DNA of 64,000 bases, taken from Planctomycetota bacterium (GTDB lineage: Bacteria; Planctomycetota; B15-G4; SIAN01). The notes under the pieces are model-generated. The model did not search any database, was not told the origin of the DNA, and worked only from the letters and a program-made list of their open reading frames with translations. The translations under genes and the position numbers were made by a program. The stretch covers positions 1 to 64,000 of the forward strand of contig JANNXA010000009.1 in the NCBI GenBank assembly GCA_031409275.1, read 5' to 3'. This document shows, one piece after another, positions 36,514-45,325 of this stretch (the first letter of the stretch is position 1; every line of letters begins with the position of its first letter).

Positions 36514-36623
36514 CCAAGCGCCCAGAAGGCGTGAAGGGCCTCGGCAATTGGTCGCGCGACGTCGCTTGGGAACCCACTCGGCGGACGTCGGGCCAAGGCA
36601 CTTTCGAAACAGGAGAAGAGTTG

Positions 36624-38144
36624 ATGCGTACGACAGGTGCGATGTCGATCCTGGCACTCGGTGCTGGATCACTGGCGTTCGGACAAGGCGTCCCGACGCG
36701 CGAACAGACGATCGCCGATCTGCAGAAGCAGGTCGATGCGATGCAGGCGCAGCTGCGGTCGCTGCAGAGCGACGCCCCGGCGACGAGTCTCGACACTCGT
36801 CTCGACGGCGCCGTCCGCAACAGCCCCGTGGAGGCTCTGCGTGAGCCGCGCCGACTGAACATCAGTGCGCCAGGGCTCGACGGGCTCGACATCAGCGGCC
36901 TCGTGCACACCCGCGCCGACTACTGGGGGAACTTCGACACCGGCGGCGGCAACAACGATGTCCTGTCGTTCGGCACCGAGGCGCAGCTCGCCTTCGATGC
37001 GCGCGTCTCCGAGAAGACCTCGGTCCGGTTGAACCTGCACTACAGCGACATCTGGGGCAGGGACACCCAGGGCGGCCTCGACAGCTCGACGGGCGCCAAT
37101 CGACTGACCGACGACACCACGACCGAAGCCGGCGGCAGCATCTCGGCGCAGGAGGTCTTCCTCCACGTCGGCGACCTCTACGGAACCGGCGTCGACATGA
37201 CGGCCGGCCGCCAGCGCATCGAGTTCGGCGCCGAGCGCATCCTCGGCGACGACGATTGGCGCCTCTCGCGGACCTCGTTCGACGGCTTCCGCTTCGACAA
37301 CGACCTCGGCGAAGCGACCGGCCGTTGGACCCTGGTGGCCCTGCGCCTCAGCGACAACGACAACAGCGGCGTTACCGATCTGCTGCCGAGCTCTCCGGCG
37401 GCCCCGGGCAACAACCCGGTCAACAACGCCGACCTGTACGGCTTCTACTACACCGTTTCGCCGCGCGACCTCGGCACGGTGGACGCGTACTTCTTCCAGC
37501 TCGAGGACTTCAACTACCCCGCCGGCATGGAGCGCACGCGCTTCAGCACCTACGGCGCGCGTTGGATGAGCCCCGACTGGGAAGGCCTCAACTTCGAGGC
37601 CGAGGGTGCCACGCAGTTCGGCGAGCTTTTCGGCAATCGGACGCACAACTACGGCTTCGGCACCTACGCGCTGCACGCGAGCGCGGCGTTCCGCCCGCAT
37701 GACGTCGAGTTCATCGACGGCTTCCATGCGTCCTACGACTACGCGTCCGGCGGCGACAGCCCCGAAGAGAACTTCGTCCAGCTCTATCCGTCGCTGCACG
37801 GCTGGTTCGGCGTCACCGATCTCTTCGGCTGGTCGAACATCCAGCACATCAACGTCGGCACCAGCTTCGACGTCGGCGAGGGCAACCTCGCCCTCGGCTA
37901 CCACTGGAACCGTCGCGCCTCGAGCAGCGCAGGCTTCGCCGGCTACAACGCCTCCGATGCCGGCGGGTTCGGCAACAAGGACCTCGGCGAAGAGCTCGAC
38001 CTCACCTACACGATGGAATGCACGAAGTCGACGACGGTGGGAGTCGGCATGGGCTACTTCTTCGCCGGCAACGGCTTCCACGACCTGACCGGCAACGCGG
38101 GCAACATGATGTACAGCTACCTGGCCTTCAGCACCCGCTTCTGA
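36624..38144 (+). CDS. Outer-membrane porin, alginate-export family, with N-terminal coiled coil
   Basis: AGGAG RBS; signal peptide; IADLQKQVDAMQAQLRSL; AGRQRIEFGAERILGDDDW..SFDG; YDYASG; DLGEELDL; ends in RF. Confidence 0.82.
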   Translation: MRTTGAMSILALGAGSLAFGQGVPTREQTIADLQKQVDAMQAQLRSLQSDAPATSLDTRLDGAVRNSPVEALREPRRLNISAPGLDGLDISGLVHTRADYWGNFDTGGGNNDVLSFGTEAQLAFDARVSEKTSVRLNLHYSDIWGRDTQGGLDSSTGANRLTDDTTTEAGGSISAQEVFLHVGDLYGTGVDMTAGRQRIEFGAERILGDDDWRLSRTSFDGFRFDNDLGEATGRWTLVALRLSDNDNSGVTDLLPSSPAAPGNNPVNNADLYGFYYTVSPRDLGTVDAYFFQLEDFNYPAGMERTRFSTYGARWMSPDWEGLNFEAEGATQFGELFGNRTHNYGFGTYALHASAAFRPHDVEFIDGFHASYDYASGGDSPEENFVQLYPSLHGWFGVTDLFGWSNIQHINVGTSFDVGEGNLALGYHWNRRASSSAGFAGYNASDAGGFGNKDLGEELDLTYTMECTKSTTVGVGMGYFFAGNGFHDLTGNAGNMMYSYLAFSTRF

Positions 38145-38190
38145 GCGGAGAGGCTTGCGCCGCGACCGCCGCGGCGAGACTTGATCGCAC

Positions 38191-38234
38191 GACCCGGCGG
38201 AGGGCATCACGCTCTCCGCCGGGTCTTTTCGTTT
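38191..38234 (+). terminator. Rho-independent terminator after the porin
   Basis: GACCCGGCGGAGGGC-ATCAC-GCTCTCCGCCGGGTC followed by TTTTCGTTT. Confidence 0.8.
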
Positions 38235-38276
38235 CGGCCGCGCTGCAGCCTCAACGCCCAGCTGCGCCCCGAACGG

Positions 38277-40442
38277 TCAGCGCGGCGCGCCTTCGCCGCG
38301 AACCTGCGGCGCGATCACCAGGCAGCCCGCCGGTCCGAGTTCGATCTCCATTCGTTCCGGCGACGCTTCGGTGGCGCGCCGAGCCGTCGCATCGCCACGC
38401 AGATCGACGCGCGCGCGCAACGAGCCTTCCAGCGAGAGTCCGAAACGCTCGCGTCGCAGGAGCCGCGGCGACGGGACGATGAACCACTCGCGCTCCCCGC
38501 CGCGCCGTCGCTCGCGCAACTCGACCCGGCCGATCGCGGACGTGTCCACCACCGGATAGGGCCACGCCACCTCGCGCCGCCCCAGCCATTCGCGCAGCGC
38601 GGTGGCGGTCGCCGCCAGTGCCGCCCGCGCTTCCTCCGGCTCGCCGCGAACGCAACCACCGATGCGCGCGTCGAGGTAGAGCGTGCGCCCTTCCGCCAGC
38701 AACCGCTCGAAACCGATCTCGCTGCGACGCGTCCCGGGCCGCGCCGCCAACGCGTCGCCCTCCGCCACGGCGAGTCGCAGCGGCGGCCGACGTTTCGCGT
38801 CGATCGCGACGCTTCCTTCGAGATCGGAGAGGGTGCGGCCCCCCTTCCGCTCGACGCCGAACAACCGCGCCAGCGCCTTTCCATCGCGACCGCGCAACTC
38901 ACCGTCGAAGAGTGCTGCGTGCGCATCACCGATCAAACTGCCCCCCGCCGCCACGAATCCCTCGAGCGCGGCGACCAGTGGTTCAGCGCACGCGAATGCC
39001 TCGCTCAGCACCACGACGCAAGCGGCAGGCGACGCAAGCGCCTCCGCCGGCAACCCGTCGCGCTCATCGAAGAAGCGAAACGGCATCCCGAGCGCCAGCA
39101 GCAGCTCGACCCAGCCTTCGCGAGCCGCAGCCGTCGAGGCGTGATCACTCTCGTAGGAGGTGAGCCGGTTGGGCCAGGTGCGACCGTCGGCCCATGAATC
39201 GACCATCCAGCCGGCGCGCGCGGCCGCCTGGCTGAACGCGATGAAGACGCGCGGCGGCGCCGCGGCGGTGACTCTCTGCTGCGCGCGCAGTTCGCGAGCC
39301 AACGCCACGAATCGGGCCAGCTCGCGTCCGGCCGCGGTGAGTGCCGCGCCTGGATCGTCCAGCAGCGGACCGCTCGACCACGCCACGACCCCGTCGTCGC
39401 CGCGCGCGACGCGAGCGAGCAGTTCGCGCGGCTGCCAGTCGTCGCGCGGCTCATCGGGCACGAACAGGGTCGAGAGCAGCCTGGCCTCGGGACGTGCCAG
39501 CGAACGGACCAGCTCCGGGGCCGCGCCCGTTTCGTACGGCTCGTGGAGCGTGAGCGCCGGGGCCAGCCGCCCCCAATCGAAACCACCGAACGCCGACGGG
39601 AAGCTGCCTCCCGTGAAACCGATCGCAGCGCCCGGATCGAGCTCGTTCACGCGCGCGGCCAGCTCGACGAGGCGACCGCAAAGCGCCGCTTCCATGAACT
39701 CGCGGTGGGCGTTCCACGCGGCGAGGTTGAGCCGTTCCAGGGCGACGTCCTCGGCGGCGGCGCGCGCCTCGCCGGTGGTCGGCGGCACGATCGCGCCGAA
39801 GTTCGGCCAACGGCTTTGCCAGCGCGCGTTCAGTTCGTCGACGTCGCCGTTCCGCTGCGCGAGCCACGTGCGAAACGCCGCCAACGTCTCCGGCGCGAAG
39901 CAGTAGTCCATCGGGTTGACGCCGCGAGTCACGGACAGCTCGTCGTCGAGCACGTAGGCGAGCGGCGATGCGGCGCGATGGCGCTGGGTGCCTTCGTTCA
40001 CGCGATCGAGCAGACGGGCGGCCAACTTCGGGTCGCACAGGCCGCTCGGTCGCTGCGGCCGGAAGTGCAGTGGATCGTCTTTCAGGCGGGCACGATCGCG
40101 TTCGAAGACGGGAGGCCGCAGGAAGAGGTCGCCCTTGCCGGCGAGGTGGTCGACATAGACGTCGAGGCCCGCCGCGTACGCTTCGCGCGCGTCATCGCTC
40201 GCTTCGACGTTGCAGCCGCCGAGGCCCGCAGCCGTCAGCGTCGCGAACGGCAGTGGCCCGGGTGCCGGCCCGCCGTGGAACCAGACGAAGACCGGGAAGC
40301 GGCTCCAGCGTTCCTCGCGAGTGCGTGCCGGTGCGGCGGTCGTCGCCGCTTCCTGCGGCGCGGCGTTGGCGTCGACGGCGCAAAGCCAGATGCCGATGGC
40401 GACTCCCGTTCGAACCGTTCGCGCTCGAGCGTGACCCGTCAC
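38277..40442 (-). CDS. Secreted GH42/beta-galactosidase-like glycoside hydrolase with trimerisation-like domain
   Basis: Signal peptide; YVLDDE; YCFAPETLAAFRTWL...DELNARWQS.W..F..I.PP; LEGFVAAGGSLIGD. GTGA overlap with the helicase stop. Confidence 0.65.
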   Translation of the reverse strand: MTGHARARTVRTGVAIGIWLCAVDANAAPQEAATTAAPARTREERWSRFPVFVWFHGGPAPGPLPFATLTAAGLGGCNVEASDDAREAYAAGLDVYVDHLAGKGDLFLRPPVFERDRARLKDDPLHFRPQRPSGLCDPKLAARLLDRVNEGTQRHRAASPLAYVLDDELSVTRGVNPMDYCFAPETLAAFRTWLAQRNGDVDELNARWQSRWPNFGAIVPPTTGEARAAAEDVALERLNLAAWNAHREFMEAALCGRLVELAARVNELDPGAAIGFTGGSFPSAFGGFDWGRLAPALTLHEPYETGAAPELVRSLARPEARLLSTLFVPDEPRDDWQPRELLARVARGDDGVVAWSSGPLLDDPGAALTAAGRELARFVALARELRAQQRVTAAAPPRVFIAFSQAAARAGWMVDSWADGRTWPNRLTSYESDHASTAAAREGWVELLLALGMPFRFFDERDGLPAEALASPAACVVVLSEAFACAEPLVAALEGFVAAGGSLIGDAHAALFDGELRGRDGKALARLFGVERKGGRTLSDLEGSVAIDAKRRPPLRLAVAEGDALAARPGTRRSEIGFERLLAEGRTLYLDARIGGCVRGEPEEARAALAATATALREWLGRREVAWPYPVVDTSAIGRVELRERRRGGEREWFIVPSPRLLRRERFGLSLEGSLRARVDLRGDATARRATEASPERMEIELGPAGCLVIAPQVRGEGAPR

Positions 40443-42415
40443 CACGGCGCCTCCTCGTGTCCGCCGAGCGGAACCTCCTCGCCATCGCGCAGCACGAACT
40501 TCGGGCAATCGGGCAGCGCCTCGAGGAAGACGCGCCCGTAGTTGCGCTGGATGATGCGCGCGTCGAGCACGGTGACGATTCCAGTGTCGTCCTTGCGCCG
40601 GATCAGCCGCCCGAAGCCCTGCTTGAAGCGCAGCACCGCCTTCGGCAGCGACAGCGATTGGAACGGGTCGATGCCGCTCTTCTGCGCGCGTTCGCTGCGC
40701 GCCTTCTCCAGCGGATGGTCCGGCATCGGGAACGGCAACCGCGTCAGCACCACGTGCGACAGCTCACTGCCGGCGACATCGACGCCTTCCCAGAACGACG
40801 CCAGCCCGAACAACGCGGCCGGCTGCGAAACGCGGAACTCCTCGAGCATCCGCGAGCGCGGCAGCCCTTGGCCCTGCACCAGCAGTCGGATCCCGCTGCG
40901 ATCGAGCGCATCGCGCGTGCCGGCCGCGACCGCCTCCATCGTCTTCCGGCTGGTGAACAGGACGAAAGCGCGGCCTTGGCTGCGCTGCAGGTGGCCGGGC
41001 AGCCGCTCGATCATCGCGGCGAGCCACGCCTCCGGCTGCGTTGGCTCGGGCAGCGGGTCGATGATGAGGCGCGCCTGCCGGCGGTAGTCGAATGGCGACG
41101 CGAGCACCAGCTTGCGTGCATCGCGGATGCCGGTACCGCGCGCGAGCCACGCGAATCGATCGGGAGGCGGCGCCACGGCGAGCGTCGCGCTGGTCAGGAT
41201 CACCGACTGGAGCGGCGCGAACAGCTCGCTGGCGAGGACGGGGCCGGGGTCGATCGGCGCCGCGCACAGGGCGACGTCGCCGCCTTCGTCGCTGCGCTCG
41301 ACGTAGGTGACCTCTTCGGCGCTGCTGCCGGCCAAGGCGCGCGCCACCTGTTCGGCATGTTCCTGCAGCACTCGGGCGCGCGCGACGAGGTCGCCTTGCA
41401 GCGCTTCGTCGCGTTCGCGCTCGGCGCGCGCCGCGAGCCGATCGTGGAGCTCGTGCAACGCCATCGCCAGCGCCGTCGGCAGCGCGACCGGCGTCGTCAA
41501 CGGCGCCAGCAGACGAGCGCCAGCGAAGCGCGCGGCGCGATCGAAGAGGTCCTGCGCCGCGAAGCGCGCACGCGTCAACGCGCCATGCGCCGCATCCCCC
41601 TGCCCCTCTTCGAGGCTGTCGAGCACTCGCTGCGCCTGCTTCAGCGCCGAAAGCACCGACGCGCGCGAGACGCGACCGCCCAGATGCTCGGAGGCGATCT
41701 CTTCGAGATGGTGCGCCTCGTCGACGATCAGGAACGAGTAGGGCGGCAGCACGGCCCCGCCGCCGCGCTTCAGCTTCAAGTCGGCGAGCAGCAACGCGTG
41801 ATTCACGACCAGCACGCCGGCGTCGCGCACCTGCTTCTTCGCCTCCTGCCACGCGCACGCCTCGAAATGCGGCGAGCGGGTACCGAGGCAGTTGCCGCGC
41901 TCGGCGCGGACGGCCGCCCACGCCTCATGGCGCGGCTCGAAGTCGAGGCTGCTGCGCGTCCCGTTGGCGCTCGTCGCCGCCCACCCGACCAGGCGCTGCA
42001 GCTCGCGCGCCGACGCCGGCGATTCGAAGAGCAGGTCGGTGCGGCGCATCGCCAGCTCGGCGCGCCGGCGGCAGACGTAGTTCTCGCGCCCCTGCACCAG
42101 CGCCGCTTCGAGCGGCACGCCGAGGATCTCGCGCAGGAACGGCAGGTCGCGCAGGACGAGCTGCTCCTGGAGGTTGCGCGTCCAAGTGGAGACGACGACC
42201 CGCCGGTCGGGCAGGTCGGCGTGGAGCAAGGCCGGCAGCAGGTAGGCAAAGGTCTTGCCGGTGCCGGTGCCCGCCTCGACGAAGAGGCGGGCCCGATCGT
42301 TGAAGGCGCGATCGACCGCCTCGGCCATCGCGATCTGGCTCTCGCGTTCCTCGAACGCCCCATAGCGCGCCGCGATGGGCCCTCCGGGGCCGAGCAGTTC
42401 CCGCATCCGCGTCAT
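40439..42415 (-). CDS. dinG: DinG/YoaA-family ATP-dependent DNA helicase
   Basis: Q motif (RESQ), EAGTGTGKT, VVNHALL, DEAH, TSATL, LFTS, SFWEGVDV, LPF, QGFGRLIR. Confidence 0.94.
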   Translation of the reverse strand: MTRMRELLGPGGPIAARYGAFEERESQIAMAEAVDRAFNDRARLFVEAGTGTGKTFAYLLPALLHADLPDRRVVVSTWTRNLQEQLVLRDLPFLREILGVPLEAALVQGRENYVCRRRAELAMRRTDLLFESPASARELQRLVGWAATSANGTRSSLDFEPRHEAWAAVRAERGNCLGTRSPHFEACAWQEAKKQVRDAGVLVVNHALLLADLKLKRGGGAVLPPYSFLIVDEAHHLEEIASEHLGGRVSRASVLSALKQAQRVLDSLEEGQGDAAHGALTRARFAAQDLFDRAARFAGARLLAPLTTPVALPTALAMALHELHDRLAARAERERDEALQGDLVARARVLQEHAEQVARALAGSSAEEVTYVERSDEGGDVALCAAPIDPGPVLASELFAPLQSVILTSATLAVAPPPDRFAWLARGTGIRDARKLVLASPFDYRRQARLIIDPLPEPTQPEAWLAAMIERLPGHLQRSQGRAFVLFTSRKTMEAVAAGTRDALDRSGIRLLVQGQGLPRSRMLEEFRVSQPAALFGLASFWEGVDVAGSELSHVVLTRLPFPMPDHPLEKARSERAQKSGIDPFQSLSLPKAVLRFKQGFGRLIRRKDDTGIVTVLDARIIQRNYGRVFLEALPDCPKFVLRDGEEVPLGGHEEAPW

Positions 42416-42514
42416 GGTCGCTCCGTCGAAGCGAGGCGCTTCTCCATCCGGCAGTGTTGCCGGTCTGCCAGCCTCGACCTACGATCCTCCGCCTCGATCT
42501 TCCCGGAGCCTTCC

Positions 42515-43036
42515 ATGAGCCAGCGCCGTCCTTTCGTCCTGGCCGCCCTGATCTGGGGCGGTTCGTTGCTGGGCAGTTCGATGCTGAGCGGTTGCTCCGC
42601 CACGAACGCCGCCGATGACGATCAGGCCCCGCGGGCGGCGGCACAGCCTTGGGAGGTCGATCCCTACAGCCGTACGGAGGAGATCTTCGTCGACGGCACC
42701 GCAGTCGGCTACCTCGTCTCCTATGACGCCATTCCGGACGGGACGGTGCTGCAGCGCGCGATGCCGACAGGAAGCTACCGCATCCAGGACCGACGCTTCG
42801 AAGACGTCGGCTTCATCTCGCCGCGCGGCCTCGTGTTCCGCCACTCCGCGGACGGCGCGCAAGCACTCGGCTTCCATCCGCTCGAGGAAGGGCTGCTGAA
42901 CTTCTTCGGCGGTCGGCGGCAGGTGAAGCTCGTCGCGCTGCGCTCGATGCCGGCGAAGGTGGTAGCGCCGGCGGCCGACGAAGCGGGCGCCGATGGCGAG
43001 GCGGCGGCGGAAGACGGCGAAGTCGAAGGCGGCTGA
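42515..43036 (+). CDS. Hypothetical lipoprotein
   Basis: Lipobox LSGC; acidic tail; divergent from dinG. Confidence 0.7.
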   Translation: MSQRRPFVLAALIWGGSLLGSSMLSGCSATNAADDDQAPRAAAQPWEVDPYSRTEEIFVDGTAVGYLVSYDAIPDGTVLQRAMPTGSYRIQDRRFEDVGFISPRGLVFRHSADGAQALGFHPLEEGLLNFFGGRRQVKLVALRSMPAKVVAPAADEAGADGEAAAEDGEVEGG

Positions 43037-43101
43037 AACGCCGCGCGGAGGTCGACGTCTTTCGTCTCCCTCCGCGCGTCAGGCTGACGGGTCGCAGCGG
43101 C

Positions 43102-43773
43102 TCAGCGGGCGGCGTGCTCCTCGTTCGCAGCGACGACGATCGGTTCGATCGGCCGCTCGCCCGGACCGCTGCTGATCGGCGTGCACATCGGCGCACAGCT
43201 CAGCAGTTCGAACGCGCCGACCTGCTGCTCCACCTTGGCCAACGCGGCGAGCGCGTCACGCGCTGCGGGACCTCCGGCGGGATCGATCGCCAGCCGAGCC
43301 TTCTCGATCGCGACCCGCGTATCGGCGCGGACCGCCGCGATCTGATCGTGCAGCACGACCAGCGCCTGATGGAACTCGGCCGCCGTGTCTTGCAGCAGGT
43401 CGCTCTTGCGCACCTGCACGCCGCGCGGAAGGCGCAGTCGCGACAGGTCGCGCATCACCGCCTTGAATCGGAAGTTCGGGCCGGCGATGCGAAACGTCTC
43501 CAGCACGCCATGCGCGAAGAGGCACAGGAACGTGCAGACCAGCGGCGCGAGCACCAGTCGCATCAGCACTTCGACGCGGAACGCCGTCTCCATCAGCGCC
43601 CACTCCGGCGGGTCGCCGAGGAAGGTGAAGACGACCGGCGCCACGATGGCGATGATCAAGAAGAGCAGCAGATAGAAGAGCAGGAAGCCGCCGAGGCGGC
43701 CGATGAAGCTCAGTTGGAAGTCACGATCGATCAGGATCGTCTTGCGCTGCTCGAGATGTGTTGAGTTGCCCAT
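43102..43773 (-). CDS. Two-TM membrane protein with HAMP-like and coiled-coil C-terminus
   Basis: RKTILIDRDFQ, two TMs, TFRIAGP..RF...V.VRKSDLLQDTA..F; RBS GAGGAAG. Confidence 0.7.
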   Translation of the reverse strand: MGNSTHLEQRKTILIDRDFQLSFIGRLGGFLLFYLLLFLIIAIVAPVVFTFLGDPPEWALMETAFRVEVLMRLVLAPLVCTFLCLFAHGVLETFRIAGPNFRFKAVMRDLSRLRLPRGVQVRKSDLLQDTAAEFHQALVVLHDQIAAVRADTRVAIEKARLAIDPAGGPAARDALAALAKVEQQVGAFELLSCAPMCTPISSGPGERPIEPIVVAANEEHAAR

Positions 43774-43814
43774 CGCCGTCACTTCCTCTGGGATCGAGTC
43801 GGGTCGCAATGGCC

Positions 43815-44729
43815 TCATCGGCGGCGCAGGTTCCATTCCTTCAACCAAGTCTCGTGACGATCGAGCTTCTCCGCGTCGGGCACGACCTCGCGGTAGAGGC
43901 TGATCAGCACCTGGTGGGGCTGCGGGTCGTCCTTCCAGATCCGCGCCGCCTCCTCGAGCTCGAGCGCCGCGCCGGCGTAGTCCCGGGCGTTCGAAAGCCC
44001 CTGGATGAGGCGCCAGCGCAGCGACGCCTCGCCGGGGGCCGCCGCAAGCAGCGAACGGATCTCGGCGATCGCAGCCTTCCAGTCCTCGGACTTCTCGTAC
44101 ACGTCGATCACGCGATCGACGAGGTCGCGCTGCTTGGGCGCGAGCGTGCGCGCCTGCGCCAGCAGGACGAGCGCACCCTTCCAGTCCTCTTCACCCGCGC
44201 AGCAATCGGCAAGCTCGACGAGGATCGCCACCGTCGGCCCGCTCCGCTTCATCAAGTCGGCCAGGAGGTCCTTGGCGGCTCCCCACTCGCCGAGGCGGCG
44301 GTGGCAGCCGGCCAGCATCAACTGCACCTCGCCATTGGCCGGGTCGAGGTTGAGTGCATGGAGCAGCCACTCGACCGCCTTCTGATCGTCGCCTGACGAG
44401 ACGGCGCACCAGCCGCGCACGCGCCACGGCAGTTCGTAGGCGACATCGAGCTCGATCGCCTTGGCGGCCACCTCGTCCCCGCGCTTCCACTCGCCCTTCT
44501 CGAACCAGGCGATCGCCTGATAGGCGAGCGAGCGCGCCTCGATCTGCGCCGGCGTGAACTCCGGCGCGACCGGCGCGACCGGCGCGTCGGCGGGCTCGCC
44601 GTCCGGCTTCGCAACGGGCTTCGCGGCCGGCTTGGAGGCCGGCGCCTTCGGTGCGACCTGTTGCGCCGTGGCGACCATCGGCCCCGCGGCGCACAGCGCG
44701 AACAACGTGGTGATCCAACCTGGTTTCAT
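43815..44729 (-). CDS. Exported TPR protein
   Basis: Signal peptide, Pro/Ala/Lys linker and multiple TPRs (ALNLDPANG, ARTLAPKQ); CAGGAG RBS. Confidence 0.85.
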   Translation of the reverse strand: MKPGWITTLFALCAAGPMVATAQQVAPKAPASKPAAKPVAKPDGEPADAPVAPVAPEFTPAQIEARSLAYQAIAWFEKGEWKRGDEVAAKAIELDVAYELPWRVRGWCAVSSGDDQKAVEWLLHALNLDPANGEVQLMLAGCHRRLGEWGAAKDLLADLMKRSGPTVAILVELADCCAGEEDWKGALVLLAQARTLAPKQRDLVDRVIDVYEKSEDWKAAIAEIRSLLAAAPGEASLRWRLIQGLSNARDYAGAALELEEAARIWKDDPQPHQVLISLYREVVPDAEKLDRHETWLKEWNLRRR

Positions 44730-44749
44730 CGGAAGCTCCTGCGGTCCGT

Positions 44750-45325
44750 TCAGCGCTGCGGCGAGACGCGGAGGTGGTGGAGCGAGTGCTGCACGACGCC
44801 GGCGGCGCCGGCAACCTCGCGCCTGAATCCGATCTGCAGATCGACGCGGCCGAGCGGGTCGATCTCGAAGTCGAGGCTCTCCACCTGCGAGACCACCGGG
44901 ATGGTCACGTTGTCCTGGCGACGAACGAGCTGGCCCTGGCTGCGGAAGAGTTCGATCGGCGTCGACCAGATCGGCACGACCTCCGCGCCGTTGGTGCCGA
45001 AGGAGGCGACGCGGCGAAACGTCAGCTTCTCGTCGCCGGCGCTGCCAGTGACCCTCATGTAGGGCACGCCCAGCAGGTCGCTGTCGCGCGAACTGTTGCG
45101 CAGCTCATTGACGACGCGCTGAAGCGCCTGCTTGGCCTTGGCGCCACGTTCGAGTTCGCTCATGCCAAACTTGCCGCTGCGCGTCATCACGATCGTCGCC
45201 GAGACGGCCGTCTGCATCACCAGCGCAAGGATCGCACACGACACTGCCGCCTCGAGCAGCGTGAAGCCGCCTTGGCGGGAACGCCTGGCGCGACGATTCG
45301 GAGGGAAGGCGGTCGTTGCCATCAC
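44750..45325 (-). CDS. Type IV minor pilin/pseudopilin (PilW/GspJ-like)
   Basis: Class III signal RQGG|FTLLEAA followed by a hydrophobic helix; GTGA overlap with the upstream gene. Confidence 0.88.
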   Translation of the reverse strand: MMATTAFPPNRRARRSRQGGFTLLEAAVSCAILALVMQTAVSATIVMTRSGKFGMSELERGAKAKQALQRVVNELRNSSRDSDLLGVPYMRVTGSAGDEKLTFRRVASFGTNGAEVVPIWSTPIELFRSQGQLVRRQDNVTIPVVSQVESLDFEIDPLGRVDLQIGFRREVAGAAGVVQHSLHHLRVSPQR

